From the NCBI GenBank assembly GCA_964016885.1, contig OZ024743.1, forward strand, positions 375,038,001-375,102,000: a DNA stretch of 64,000 nt, given 5' to 3'. A program made the position numbers and the translations under genes. Shown piece by piece: positions 1 through 10,100 of the stretch. Within the stretch, counting starts at the first letter, position 1. Every line of letters starts with the position of its first letter. The DNA is from Eledone cirrhosa (lineage: Eukaryota). The notes below the pieces were generated by a model. That model did not search any database and had not been told where the DNA came from. It worked only from the letters and a program-made list of their open reading frames with translations.

Positions 1-549
1 AAGAATAGCATAGATAATGGAAAAAATATTCCTGACATTAAAATGATTTATAATATTACATTTGAATATTTCTGAATTTATGCAACATAATTTAGAAGCA
101 GCCATTACTTTTGTATACGTGTCAGAGGGGACGTTTATAAAGAAGGGAAATATTATTTTCGTTATATATCACGTTCAGTTAACATTAATAAACAAATGAT
201 AACGCTAAGTCGAAGTGTGTTGTCGATCGTAGTAGATAATTGGCAAATATTTCATTAGATTGTAGAATTATATTTAAACATTCTATGAATAACAGTGAAG
301 TAGAATCACATTTATATCGAAGTAGGGGGGTTGGTAATAGTTCTCAACTGCACAATGTGTAGCGTTTCTGTAGCAAAACACCAACAATATCATCTTCATT
401 ATTCTCCAGTGATGAATACATAAGAACAGCAACTGTTGTGTGCTGGTCATGCCCGAGTTGCTTGTTTCTACATTGATCGCCTCAAGCATCTACATGCGCC
501 TGTGAACAGCATGGTCCTCAGCAACACAAATACATAGTATATTTCGAAT

Positions 550-748
550 AAGAGATATGTAGGTCACAACTGCGTGGTACAAAATATATGTAGGTCACAT
601 ATACATGGTAAAAGAGATATCTAGATCACATGTACATGATACGAGATATATGTAGGTCATTGTTACAGGCGACCAGAGATATCAAGGTCATGATTACATG
701 ATGTGTAGGTCATGACTTCATGGCATAAGAGATTTAGGTCATGACTAT
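550..748. repeat. Degenerate ~30-bp tandem repeat (AGATATGTAGGTCAT...TACATG), ~7 units
   Basis: Recurrent tagg/agatca(c/t) cores about every 30 bp. Confidence 0.6.
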
Positions 749-1290
749 TTGTGCCGCCTAGTAGTTAGAATGTTCGTTTCACAGTCGTAAGGTAGGGGTT
801 AGATCCCCATCGCTCCAGTCCACTCAACTTTAAGTCAGTGCCAGCAACAGTAGCTGGGGTTAATCTTGCAACACATAGATATCTCATCCAAGAGACATTA
901 TTGTGCTCACGGTCGCTTAACGTCTCATGAAATTGAGATAAGCTCCGAACTTCAACCAAATCATGGGAGCATAGAAAAGCAGGCATAAATGTGATGATGA
1001 TGACTACAGGAGAAAGATATCTGCTCAATCAGAATTAATCTGTGAATACATAACAACACAACAACAGCAACATTTTATTTTGTTATCTATTATACATAAA
1101 CATATTAGGTTAACTATATTTTATTTTACCAGTTCTATATAAACATATGCCACCAAAAAAAAAAGAAACAACAGCTTCACTCCTCGAAGAGCTAAAAATG
1201 TTATGAGGCCTAACCCTGTTACACTACTTGTATCGGAATGTCGTGAACAGAAACGTCTGCGTTAGAAAATAATATGTTTACTGGTTTCAC

Positions 1291-1326
<36 letters not shown>
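1291..1326. repeat. (AGAT)n tract at the 3' end of Tx1 copy 1
   Basis: Directly visible. Confidence 0.95.
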
Positions 1327-1327
<1 letters not shown>

Positions 1328-1591
1328 TATTTCTTTTATTTGCCACTAGGGCATCAAAAGTGGGACAAGTACAAAGGGGGGAGTTTACACAAAAAGGCGT
1401 CCTCAATAAGGAGGAGGCAATAACAAAATATAAAAATAAAATAAGATATAACAAAAAATAAAATTTTTAACAAAATCCTCAATAGAGAGGAGGCGCCTTG
1501 GGGGGTCGCACACACCCCCGAAAAAAGTGTGCAACCCTTCTCCTCAGGAGCACAGAGAAGGGGTGCTCCCTTGGTCTTTCATCTTCCTCAC

Positions 1592-4500
1592 CTATAGTCT
1601 GATGTAGAGTGAAGGCCCATTCACACGGGCCATTCTCGCCACTTTCACCCATCTTTCATAGAAACGGCTGGGGTGCAGCACCTCTCTCTCCATCCTGATC
1701 CTTCTTCCGAAATGATATCGGAAGAAACGGACCAGTTGTTGGCCAGAGAGAAAGGTGCCCGACCTCAGTCCTTTCAGACGCGTCCACCATACAACCTCTT
1801 TCGCCATGGCTATTACGCACAGAAACACCGCCTCTGCTTCATCTTTGAAGGGGGGAGGCGGCTTGATCATTACAATAGACTCGGTGGTCAACCGGATCGG
1901 TCCCACCCTTGACAGCAGTTGTTCGACATAGCCCCACAGATCGGCTACGCCCGAGCAGTGTACTAATGCGTGTGCAACGGTTTCCTCGTCGCACACGCAT
2001 CTGGGACAGATCTTTTTGGCGGGGTCCCTACCCGGGCGCCCGTGTCTGTAGAGCCTTTCTCGAACGGGTAAAGCCCCTCGGTAGCACTGCCAGGCCAGGG
2101 ACTTCTGGAAGTTGTCCATAGGTCCCGGGCTGAATGTCCTACCGAAAAGGCTGGCCAGTTCGTCCTCCTCCATGTCTAGGGCTTCTCCGAGGGCGTCGTC
2201 GCACCTGCTGCGTACCAGCCCTCTATAGAATGTTGCGGTGGAGTCTCCACTGATAACCGGATCCGCCTGCCAGAGGGCGGTGAGCGCCTGGGCACACTCA
2301 GTGTGCCAGGCGCCCAGTTTTCTCGGTCTTTGCTTGACCCAGGATTGCAGCTCGGTGAGTGAGACGAGTCTGGGAAAGGTTCGTCTCACAAACGAGGCCC
2401 ACACCGGTTGTCCGGTGAGGAATACGTAGAGGTGCCGTAGCCTTAATGCGTGTTTACGCATCATTAGCCACGGCATCCCCAGCCCTCCTTTCGAAGGGTG
2501 TTGACAGCAGATGGATCTCCTCACCATAGGAGCCCGCCTCTTCCAAAGGAATTGGAAGAGCGCGCGCTCCATCTTGGTGAGGGTTTCCCTTGGGCAGGGC
2601 ACTACGGTCAGGCGGTAGTAGATGACGGACGCTATGTAGGTGTTCGCCACCTCCGCCCGACCTTTCAGGGATAGTTTGCAACTGGCCCACTTCTGGGTCA
2701 GTGCAAACACTCTGTTCGTAACCTCCGCCCAGTTTTTCTCCACCTGGAGGTCCGGTCCGAACCAGACCCCGAGCAACTTCACCGGGCCCTCCGTCCAGCG
2801 TCCGACGACGCTATCGGAGGGCATCGGTCTGCCCCTCCACGTGCCGAGTTGCAAACCGATCGACTTGTCCCGGTTCAGCTTAGCCCCTGTGAACTTTTCG
2901 TACTCCTCCAGTAAGGTGCCGACCGCCTCGATTTCGGAGGCCGTCGACACCATTACTGTCACGTCATCGGCGTAGGCCGACACCGCTTTCCGCAATCCCG
3001 GTTCCAAAGGGATGCCCTGCAACAACTCCAACTTCCGCAGTAGTGGCTCGAGAGTCAATACATACAGAAGGGAGGAGAGAGGGCACCCTTGTCGGATGGA
3101 CCGCGCGATTTTGAACGGCTCCGAGAGGTAGCCGTTCACCTTGACCCTAGAGCAGATGCGGCTGCTGTGCATAGCAGTGATCCAGCCCCTGAAAACGGGT
3201 CCGAAGCCTGCCGCCGCTAGCACCGCATCCAGGTAACCATGGTCGACCCTATCGAACGCCTTAGATTGATCCAAGTTGATCAGAGCCCCACCAAAGCCGG
3301 GTTCGTTCCCAACCCTCTCTATGATGTATCGCATGAGGTGGAGGTTGTCATGGATGGACCTGGACGGGATAGCGCATGTCTGCGCATCTCCCACCAGGTT
3401 GCCCACGACAAGCGCCAACCTCTTTGCTAGCACCTTGGCCAAAATCTGTAACTCTGTATTTAGCAGTGTTATGGGCCTGAAGTTACTTATTTCGTCCCCC
3501 TTGTTCTCGTCCTTCCTCACTAGCGTGACTACGCCCTTGGTCACAGTACAGGGAATTCTCCCGTTCTGTTGCCAGTTGCAGTAGACCGCCTCGAGGAGAT
3601 CGGGGAACAAGTCCGGCATAGCTAGATATAATTCGTAAGGAAGACCATCGAGACCCGGGGATTTGCGTTTGCCGCATTGGCTCAGCACGTCCTCTATCTC
3701 AGCGGCCGAAATCGGCTCCTCGCAGGACTTCGCCTCCCTGTCCGAGAGGCGCGGCAGGCCGTCGAGGTATGGACCGAAGTCCACGTTCCCAACCGGCTCC
3801 CCGCCCCTCCCGAACAGTCGGGCAAAGTGCCTTTGAAAGGCCTCACACATCCGCTTAGGCTCAAGAATCGCCCGTCCATCCAGGTCTCGCAAAGACCGGA
3901 TGGTGGATTTAGTTCCACTGTTGGCCTCTGTCACGCGGGCCCAGCTAACAGCTTTGGTCCCCTCGTTCCCTAGAGCACGTATTTTACTTCGGACAACGCA
4001 GCCTTCGTGCTTCGCGTCGAAAAACTGGCTCAAAGCCGTTCTCGACGCTAGCACTCTGGCCACGTCGCCGCTTCTAATTGCCTCTTCTACTCTATCTATT
4101 AGCTCCCTTTCCTTCCTATTCCTATCCGCAGCTAGAACCTTACTAAATTCTATCGAGACTACTCTAATCTCTCTCTTTAGAGATACCCACCACCTGCTGT
4201 TGACGATCGCTCCAGTCAACCGTTCCTTAACTAACGTACTAATCCGATTCCTGTAGGCTCTACTTGCCGGCAAGGACAAGTTGAGCTTCCAGTAACCGGG
4301 GCCCTGTCTATGAGTTCTGTCAAGGTTGACCATGCAGGTCACTAATTTGTGGTCTGAATAGCCAACAATGCGCATTTTTGGACAACTTAAAAAGTCCTTA
4401 TCCTTAATTCTAACTAAGAACCTATCTAGGTACGACCTAGATGATCCGCTACGATTTGCCCAAGTCCAGGTTGGCGCAGTCGGAAAGTCTAGTCGATATC

Positions 4501-5029
4501 TATCGGCCAGGTCAAATCGACCGATTAACCCTTTGAGGCTATTACACCCCTCTCTATCGGGGCAGGCCCCTACGTAGTCCCAGCGTGCATCTAGGATACC
4601 ATTCCAGTCCCCCACTAATAGCAAGGAGCGGGACGTCCCTAGAAAAGTCTCCAGACGATGGAAGAAGTCCGGCCGCATTGACCCGAAAGGGCCGTAGGCG
4701 GCTACCAACCTAAACGCTCCGCCTTTACCACTGCCAAGGTCCAGAACCACTAGTCGACCCTCCGGGTCCAAATGTACCATCTGTGTTGCGAGACCCAGAT
4801 GTTTTTGCAGCAGAACGACAACTCCACCCCCACCTCCAGGCTGACAGAGAGATGCGTGCATCTCAAAGTCATCAAAGGTGGGGGCCAGCTGTCGCACGTT
4901 GCTGATCCGGGCCTCGCAAATAACCATCACATCTATACGTTGTGACCTGAGGTCATTTAGAAGCATTGCTTGCTTCCAAGTTGAGCCCAGGCCACGCGCA
5001 TTTAAACAGCCTACTCTTAGCATAGCCAT
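1592..5029 (-). CDS. Tx1-type ORF2: APE endonuclease, reverse transcriptase, C-terminal Zn finger; intact
   Basis: APE motifs GCLNARGL, GDWN, SYLDRF, SDH. RT motifs KSPGLDG, FRPITLLN, DQSKAFDRV, RQGCPLS, YADD. CPRC..H...C finger. First ATG at 5029 (track ORF opens at GTG 5053). Confidence 0.93.
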   Translation of the reverse strand: MAMLRVGCLNARGLGSTWKQAMLLNDLRSQRIDVMVICEARISNVRQLAPTFDDFEMHASLCQPGGGGGVVVLLQKHLGLATQMVHLDPEGRLVVLDLGSGKGGAFRLVAAYGPFGSMRPDFFHRLETFLGTSRSLLLVGDWNGILDARWDYVGACPDREGCNSLKGLIGRFDLADRYRLDFPTAPTWTWANRSGSSRSYLDRFLVRIKDKDFLSCPKMRIVGYSDHKLVTCMVNLDRTHRQGPGYWKLNLSLPASRAYRNRISTLVKERLTGAIVNSRWWVSLKREIRVVSIEFSKVLAADRNRKERELIDRVEEAIRSGDVARVLASRTALSQFFDAKHEGCVVRSKIRALGNEGTKAVSWARVTEANSGTKSTIRSLRDLDGRAILEPKRMCEAFQRHFARLFGRGGEPVGNVDFGPYLDGLPRLSDREAKSCEEPISAAEIEDVLSQCGKRKSPGLDGLPYELYLAMPDLFPDLLEAVYCNWQQNGRIPCTVTKGVVTLVRKDENKGDEISNFRPITLLNTELQILAKVLAKRLALVVGNLVGDAQTCAIPSRSIHDNLHLMRYIIERVGNEPGFGGALINLDQSKAFDRVDHGYLDAVLAAAGFGPVFRGWITAMHSSRICSRVKVNGYLSEPFKIARSIRQGCPLSSLLYVLTLEPLLRKLELLQGIPLEPGLRKAVSAYADDVTVMVSTASEIEAVGTLLEEYEKFTGAKLNRDKSIGLQLGTWRGRPMPSDSVVGRWTEGPVKLLGVWFGPDLQVEKNWAEVTNRVFALTQKWASCKLSLKGRAEVANTYIASVIYYRLTVVPCPRETLTKMERALFQFLWKRRAPMVRRSICCQHPSKGGLGMPWLMMRKHALRLRHLYVFLTGQPVWASFVRRTFPRLVSLTELQSWVKQRPRKLGAWHTECAQALTALWQADPVISGDSTATFYRGLVRSRCDDALGEALDMEEDELASLFGRTFSPGPMDNFQKSLAWQCYRGALPVRERLYRHGRPGRDPAKKICPRCVCDEETVAHALVHCSGVADLWGYVEQLLSRVGPIRLTTESIVMIKPPPPFKDEAEAVFLCVIAMAKEVVWWTRLKGLRSGTFLSGQQLVRFFRYHFGRRIRMEREVLHPSRFYERWVKVARMARVNGPSLYIRL

Positions 5030-5053
5030 GTTGGTGGTGAAGAGAAAAGGCAC

Positions 5054-6835
5054 TTACCTCTCTGCGTCCCGGGTATCGGGCTGCACAATTTCCATTAGGG
5101 TGGGGGATGGGTTGTTGGGTGGGGTGGTGGTTTGTGGAAGTGTGGGGGCATCAGTGTGTTGTGTGGTTGGGGAGCTTGGAGTTGTGAGGGTGTTTGGGGA
5201 GGGGGTGGGATAGTTTTTTAGGAGGACTCGGTTAATGGGCCCGACGCAGGGGGGACCCACGTCCTCTTTAAAATTGTTTTTTAAAGTTTTATAGGTGTCC
5301 TGTGGGGCCTTAATCATTTTGAGGTGGGGGAAATCCCCTGCCTGGGTGAAGTTAGGCCCTTGTGTTTTTATTAGATTGTTGTTGTACACAATGTTTAACA
5401 GTTTTTTGTTTCTTGTATTTATGTATGTGTATGCATGTTTTTGTTTTTGTGTGGTGTTTTTTGTTTGCTGTTGTGAGCTCTTTTGTGTTGGTGTCAGTGT
5501 TATGTTTTGGGGAGGGGTTTTTTTCATTTGTGTGTCTGAGGTGTGTTTTCTTTTTTTTCTTTTGATTGTGTGGAAGTGCTCCTCCTCGTCTGACGACGAA
5601 CTAGGGTCATCTTCCGCGTTGGAGGGGAGGGGTATATTTTCGGGTTGTGTTTGCGGTACGGGTGTTTTGGAAATTGTTTTTGTTTTTTGAGTGGAGGGGA
5701 TGGGTTGGACATTGTTTTGTTTTGGTTTGAGCTGTGGTGGTTGTTTTTGTGGTGGTTGTTGTGGTGATTGTGTTGGTTGTGCAGTTGTTGGTGGTGTAGG
5801 CAGGATTGGGGTTTTCTTATTAAGTTGGGGACAGACAGCCCTCAGGTGACCTCTGGTTCCGCAGAGGTAACACGAGGGCCGTCTACCCTCAACGGTAATG
5901 TTGATGAAGGTTAGATCATCCAGTATGACGCGTTCAGGGATCTGGGCGATCCTTTCGGGCCTCATTTGAACTACAAGTTCGAGGCTCGTTCCACTGAACG
6001 CGTCACCCGATGCCTTTCCCATGGACACCAGCATGTCATCCTCCAGGTCCAGAAAACCTGTCAAAACCCACCATATGTCCATAATCGGCAGGATGGTGTG
6101 GATTTTTATTTTTTGTGTTCTTCTACCCATGTACGTAGGGTAGAAGGTGTATGCGGTGGATGTGATTGGTTTGATGGACAGTTTCACTGCTGTGTCCCTG
6201 TCCTTCATGAGAATGGATAGACTCCCGTAGAGTCTATCCTTCTGAATGAAGGTGATGTCCTTCATGACGTCTTTTAAAACCAGCTCTATCTCGCTCTGTG
6301 ATGGTTGAGCTGGTTTTTTACTTTTGTTCGAGATTGTCCTAAACATGACCGTGTTTAGGAGTCTCTGGCTTTTTAGTTCCGGGGGGGAATGGATTGTGAA
6401 TGAACCATTTTCCCCGTACACTATATATTTTTTCGCATCCGCCAGTAGCTCCTTCGCTTTTGTTATATCTACTGGCAGATAGTCGAGGGTTTTCCTTGTC
6501 GTCTCGGCGAAGGAGAAATTTTGTTTGTTTGTGTTGTTGTTGTCGTTGGTGGTGTTGTTGTTATCATTGTTGTTGTTGTCACCGTTATTGGTCTTGTTGT
6601 TGTTATTGTTATTGTTATTGGTGTTGTTTTCTACCGTCGCATTGTTGTTGTTGTTGCTGTTGGTTCTTTGGGTTGTTGCCATGGTAACGTCAAGTTGTCG
6701 GTTAACAGGTGGAGAGAATTCTTCCTCTGGCTGACCTATCTTCTTGACCTCTGCTACTGTGACAGTGGCAGGGGGAAGCTGTAAGTTCATCTTCCCCTTT
6801 CCTCCTTCGAATTTTGGTGAAGAAGCTTCGGCCAT
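5054..6835 (-). CDS. Tx1-type ORF1 (gag-like), 593 aa, one CCHC zinc knuckle
   Basis: CYLCGTRGHLRAVC (Cx2Cx4Hx4C); N-terminal poly-Asn; Q/P/T/K-rich C-terminal half; directly upstream of ORF2. Confidence 0.88.
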   Translation of the reverse strand: MAEASSPKFEGGKGKMNLQLPPATVTVAEVKKIGQPEEEFSPPVNRQLDVTMATTQRTNSNNNNNATVENNTNNNNNNNNKTNNGDNNNNDNNNTTNDNNNTNKQNFSFAETTRKTLDYLPVDITKAKELLADAKKYIVYGENGSFTIHSPPELKSQRLLNTVMFRTISNKSKKPAQPSQSEIELVLKDVMKDITFIQKDRLYGSLSILMKDRDTAVKLSIKPITSTAYTFYPTYMGRRTQKIKIHTILPIMDIWWVLTGFLDLEDDMLVSMGKASGDAFSGTSLELVVQMRPERIAQIPERVILDDLTFINITVEGRRPSCYLCGTRGHLRAVCPQLNKKTPILPTPPTTAQPTQSPQQPPQKQPPQLKPKQNNVQPIPSTQKTKTISKTPVPQTQPENIPLPSNAEDDPSSSSDEEEHFHTIKRKKRKHTSDTQMKKTPPQNITLTPTQKSSQQQTKNTTQKQKHAYTYINTRNKKLLNIVYNNNLIKTQGPNFTQAGDFPHLKMIKAPQDTYKTLKNNFKEDVGPPCVGPINRVLLKNYPTPSPNTLTTPSSPTTQHTDAPTLPQTTTPPNNPSPTLMEIVQPDTRDAER

Positions 6836-7047
6836 TTAAAAAAATATTGACTTTTCAACAAGAAAAAACTTTTTTTTTTAACTATTTCGCCTAAAGGCGT
6901 AGAATATTTTGAGAGACTGACCAGATCAAAGTTTGACCTGGCAGTCCCTCTACAAAATGGTACAAAAATTAAAGTTATCAGACAAGAATTTCTATAGAAA
7001 TTTAAACAGAACTTACTCAGCAAGTTATACGCGTGTGTCCATCCCAG

Positions 7048-7103
<56 letters not shown>
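7048..7103. repeat. (GATA)n tract between Tx1 copies 1 and 2
   Basis: Directly visible. Confidence 0.95.
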
Positions 7104-7104
<1 letters not shown>

Positions 7105-10100
7105 TGTTTCTTTTATTTGCCACCAGGGCATCAAAAGTGGGACAAGTACAATGGGGGGAGTTTACAAAACAAGGCGTCCTCAATAAGGAGGAGGCAATAA
7201 CAATATATAAAAATAAAATAAAATATAACAAAAAATAGAATTATAACAAAATCCTCAATAGAGAGGAGGCGCCTTGGGGGGTCGCGCACACCCCCGAAAA
7301 AAGTGTGCAACCCTTTTCCTCAGGAGCACAGAGAGGGGGTGCTCCCTCGTTCCTTCCTCTTTTCCACCTACAGGCTTATGTAAAGAGAAGGCCCATTCAC
7401 ACGGGCCATTCTCGCCACTTTCACCCATCTTTCATAGAAACGGCTGGGGTGCAGCACCTCTCTCTCCATCCTGATCCTTCTTCCGAAATGATATCGGAAG
7501 AAACGGACCAGTTGTTGGCCAGAGAGAAAGGTGCCTGACCTCACTCCTTTCAGACGCGTCCACCATACAACCTCTTTCGCCATGGCTATTACGCACAGAA
7601 ACACCGCATCTGCTTCATCTTTGAAGGGGGGAGGCGGCTTGATCATTACAATAGACTCGGTGGTCAACCGGATCGGTCCCACCCTTGACAGCAGTTGTTC
7701 GACATAGCCCCACAGATCGGCTACGCCCGAGCAGTGTACCAATGCGTGTGCAACGGTTTCCTCGTCGCACACGCATCTGGGACAGATCTTTTTGGCGGGG
7801 TCCCTACCCGGGCGCCCGTGTCTGTAGAGCCTTTCTCGAACGGGTAAAGCTCCTCGGTAGCACTGCCAGGCCAGGGACTTCTGGAAGTTGTCCATAGGTC
7901 CCGGGCTGAATGTCCTACCGAACAGGCTGGCCAGTTCGTCCTCCTCCATGTCTAGGGCTTCTCCGAGGGCGTCGTTGCACCTGCTGCGTACCAGCCCTCT
8001 ATAGAATGTTGCGGTGGAGTCTCCACTGATAACCGGATCCGCCTACCAGAGGGCGGTGAGCGCCTGGGCACACTCAGTGTGCCAGGCGCCCAGTTTTCTC
8101 GGTCTTTGCTTGACCCAGGATTGCAGCTCGGTGAGTGAGACGAGTCTGGGAAAGGTTCGTCTCACAAACGAGGCCCACACCGGTTGTCCGGTGAGGAATA
8201 CGTAGAGGTGCCGTAGCCTTAATGCGTGTTTACGCATCATTAGCCACGGCATCCCCAGCCCTCCTTTCGAAGGGTGTTGACAGCAGATGGATCTCCTCAC
8301 CATAGGAGCCCGCCTCTTCCAAAGGAATTGGAAGAGCGCGCGCTCCATATTGGTGAGGGTTTCCCTTGGGCAAGGCACTACGGTCAGGCGGTAGTAGATG
8401 ACGGACGCTATGTAGGTGTTCGCCACCTCCGCCCGACCTTTCAGGGATAGTTTGCAACTGGCCCACTTCTGGGTCAGTGCAAACACCCTGTTCGTAACCT
8501 CCGCCTAGTTTTTCTCCACCTGGAGGTCCGGTCCGAACCAGACCCCGAGCAACTTCACCGGGCCCTCCGTCCAGCGTCCGACGACGCCATCGGAGGGCAT
8601 CGGTCTGCCCCTCCACGTGCCGAGTTGCAAACCGATCGACTTGTCCCGGTTCAGCTTAGCCCCTGTGAACTTTTCGTACTCCTCCAGTAAGGTGCCGACC
8701 GCCTCGATTTCGGAGGCCGTCGACACCATTACTGTCACGTCATCGGCGTAGGCCGACACCGCTTTCCGCAATCCCGGTTCCAAAGGGATGCCCTGCAACA
8801 ACTCCAACTTCCGCAGTAGTGGCTCGAGAGTCAACACATACAGAAGGGAGGAGAGAGGGCACCCTTGTCGGATGGACCGCGCGATTTTGAACGGCTCCGA
8901 GAGGTAGCCGTTCACCTTGACCCTAGAGCAGATGCGGCTGCTGTGCATAGCAGTGATCCAGCCCCTGAAAACGGGTCCGAAGCCTGCCGCCGCTAGCACC
9001 GCATCCAGGTAACCATGGTCGACCCTATCGAACGCCTTGAGATTGATCCAAGTTGATCAGAGCCCCACCAAAGCCGGGTTCGTTCCCAACCCTCTCTATG
9101 ATGTATCGCATGAGGTGGAGGTTGTCATGGATGGACCTGGACGGGATAACGCATGTCTGCGCATCTCCCACCAGGTTGCCCACGACAAGCGCCAACCTCT
9201 TTGCTAGCACCTTGGCCAAAATCTGTAACTCTGTATTTAGCAGAGTTATGGGCCTGAAGTTACTTATTTCGTCCCCCTTGTTCTCGTCCTTCCTCACTAG
9301 CGTGACTACGCCCTTGGTCACAGTACAGGGGATTCTCCCGTTCTGTTGCCAGTTGCAGTAGACCGCCTCGAGGAGATCGGGGAACAAGTCCGGCATAGCT
9401 AGATATAATTCGTAAGGAAGACCATCGAGACCCGGGGATTTGCGTTTGCCGCATTGGCTCAGCACGTCCTCTATCTCAGCGGCCGAAATCGGCTCCTCGC
9501 AGGACTTCGCCTCCCTGTCCGAGAGGCGCGCCAGGCCGTCGAGGTATGGACCGAAGTCCACGTTCCCAACCGGCTCCCTGCCCCTCCCGAACAGTCGGGC
9601 AAAGTGCCTTTGAAAGGCCTCACACATCTGCTTAGGCTCAAGAATCGCCCGTCCATCCAGGTCTCGCAAAGACCGGATGGTGGATTTAGTTCCACTGTTG
9701 GCCTCTGTCACGCGGGCCCAGCTAACAGCTTTGGTCCCCTCGTTCCCTAGAGCACGTATTTTACTTCGGACAACGCAGCCTTCGTGCTTCGCGTCGAAAA
9801 ACTGGCTCAAAGCCGTTCTCGACGCTAGCACTCTGGCCACGTCGCCGCTTCTAATTGCCTCTTCTACTCTATCTATTAGCTCCCTTTCCTTCCTATTCCT
9901 ATCCGCAGCTAGAACCTTACTAAATTCTATCGAGACTACTCTAATCTCTCTCTTTAGAGATACCCACCACCTGCTGTTGACGATCGCTCCAGTCAACCGT
10001 TCCTTAACTAACGTACTAATCCGATTCCTGTAGGCTCTACTTGCCGGCAAGGACAAGTTGAGCTTCCAGTAACCGGGGCCCTGTCTATGAGTTCTGTCAA

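Larger units (their letters stand above)
1327..7047 (-). mobile_element. Apparently full-length L1/Tx1-clade non-LTR retrotransposon, copy 1
   Basis: ~210-bp 5'UTR, ORF1, ORF2, ~265-bp 3'UTR ending AATAAAAGAAATAT, then (CTAT)n on the minus strand; GATA tracts on both sides. Confidence 0.93.

Noticed and set aside
283-1028. Two short minus-strand ORFs
   Set aside because: Non-ATG starts, no recognisable motifs or splice support.
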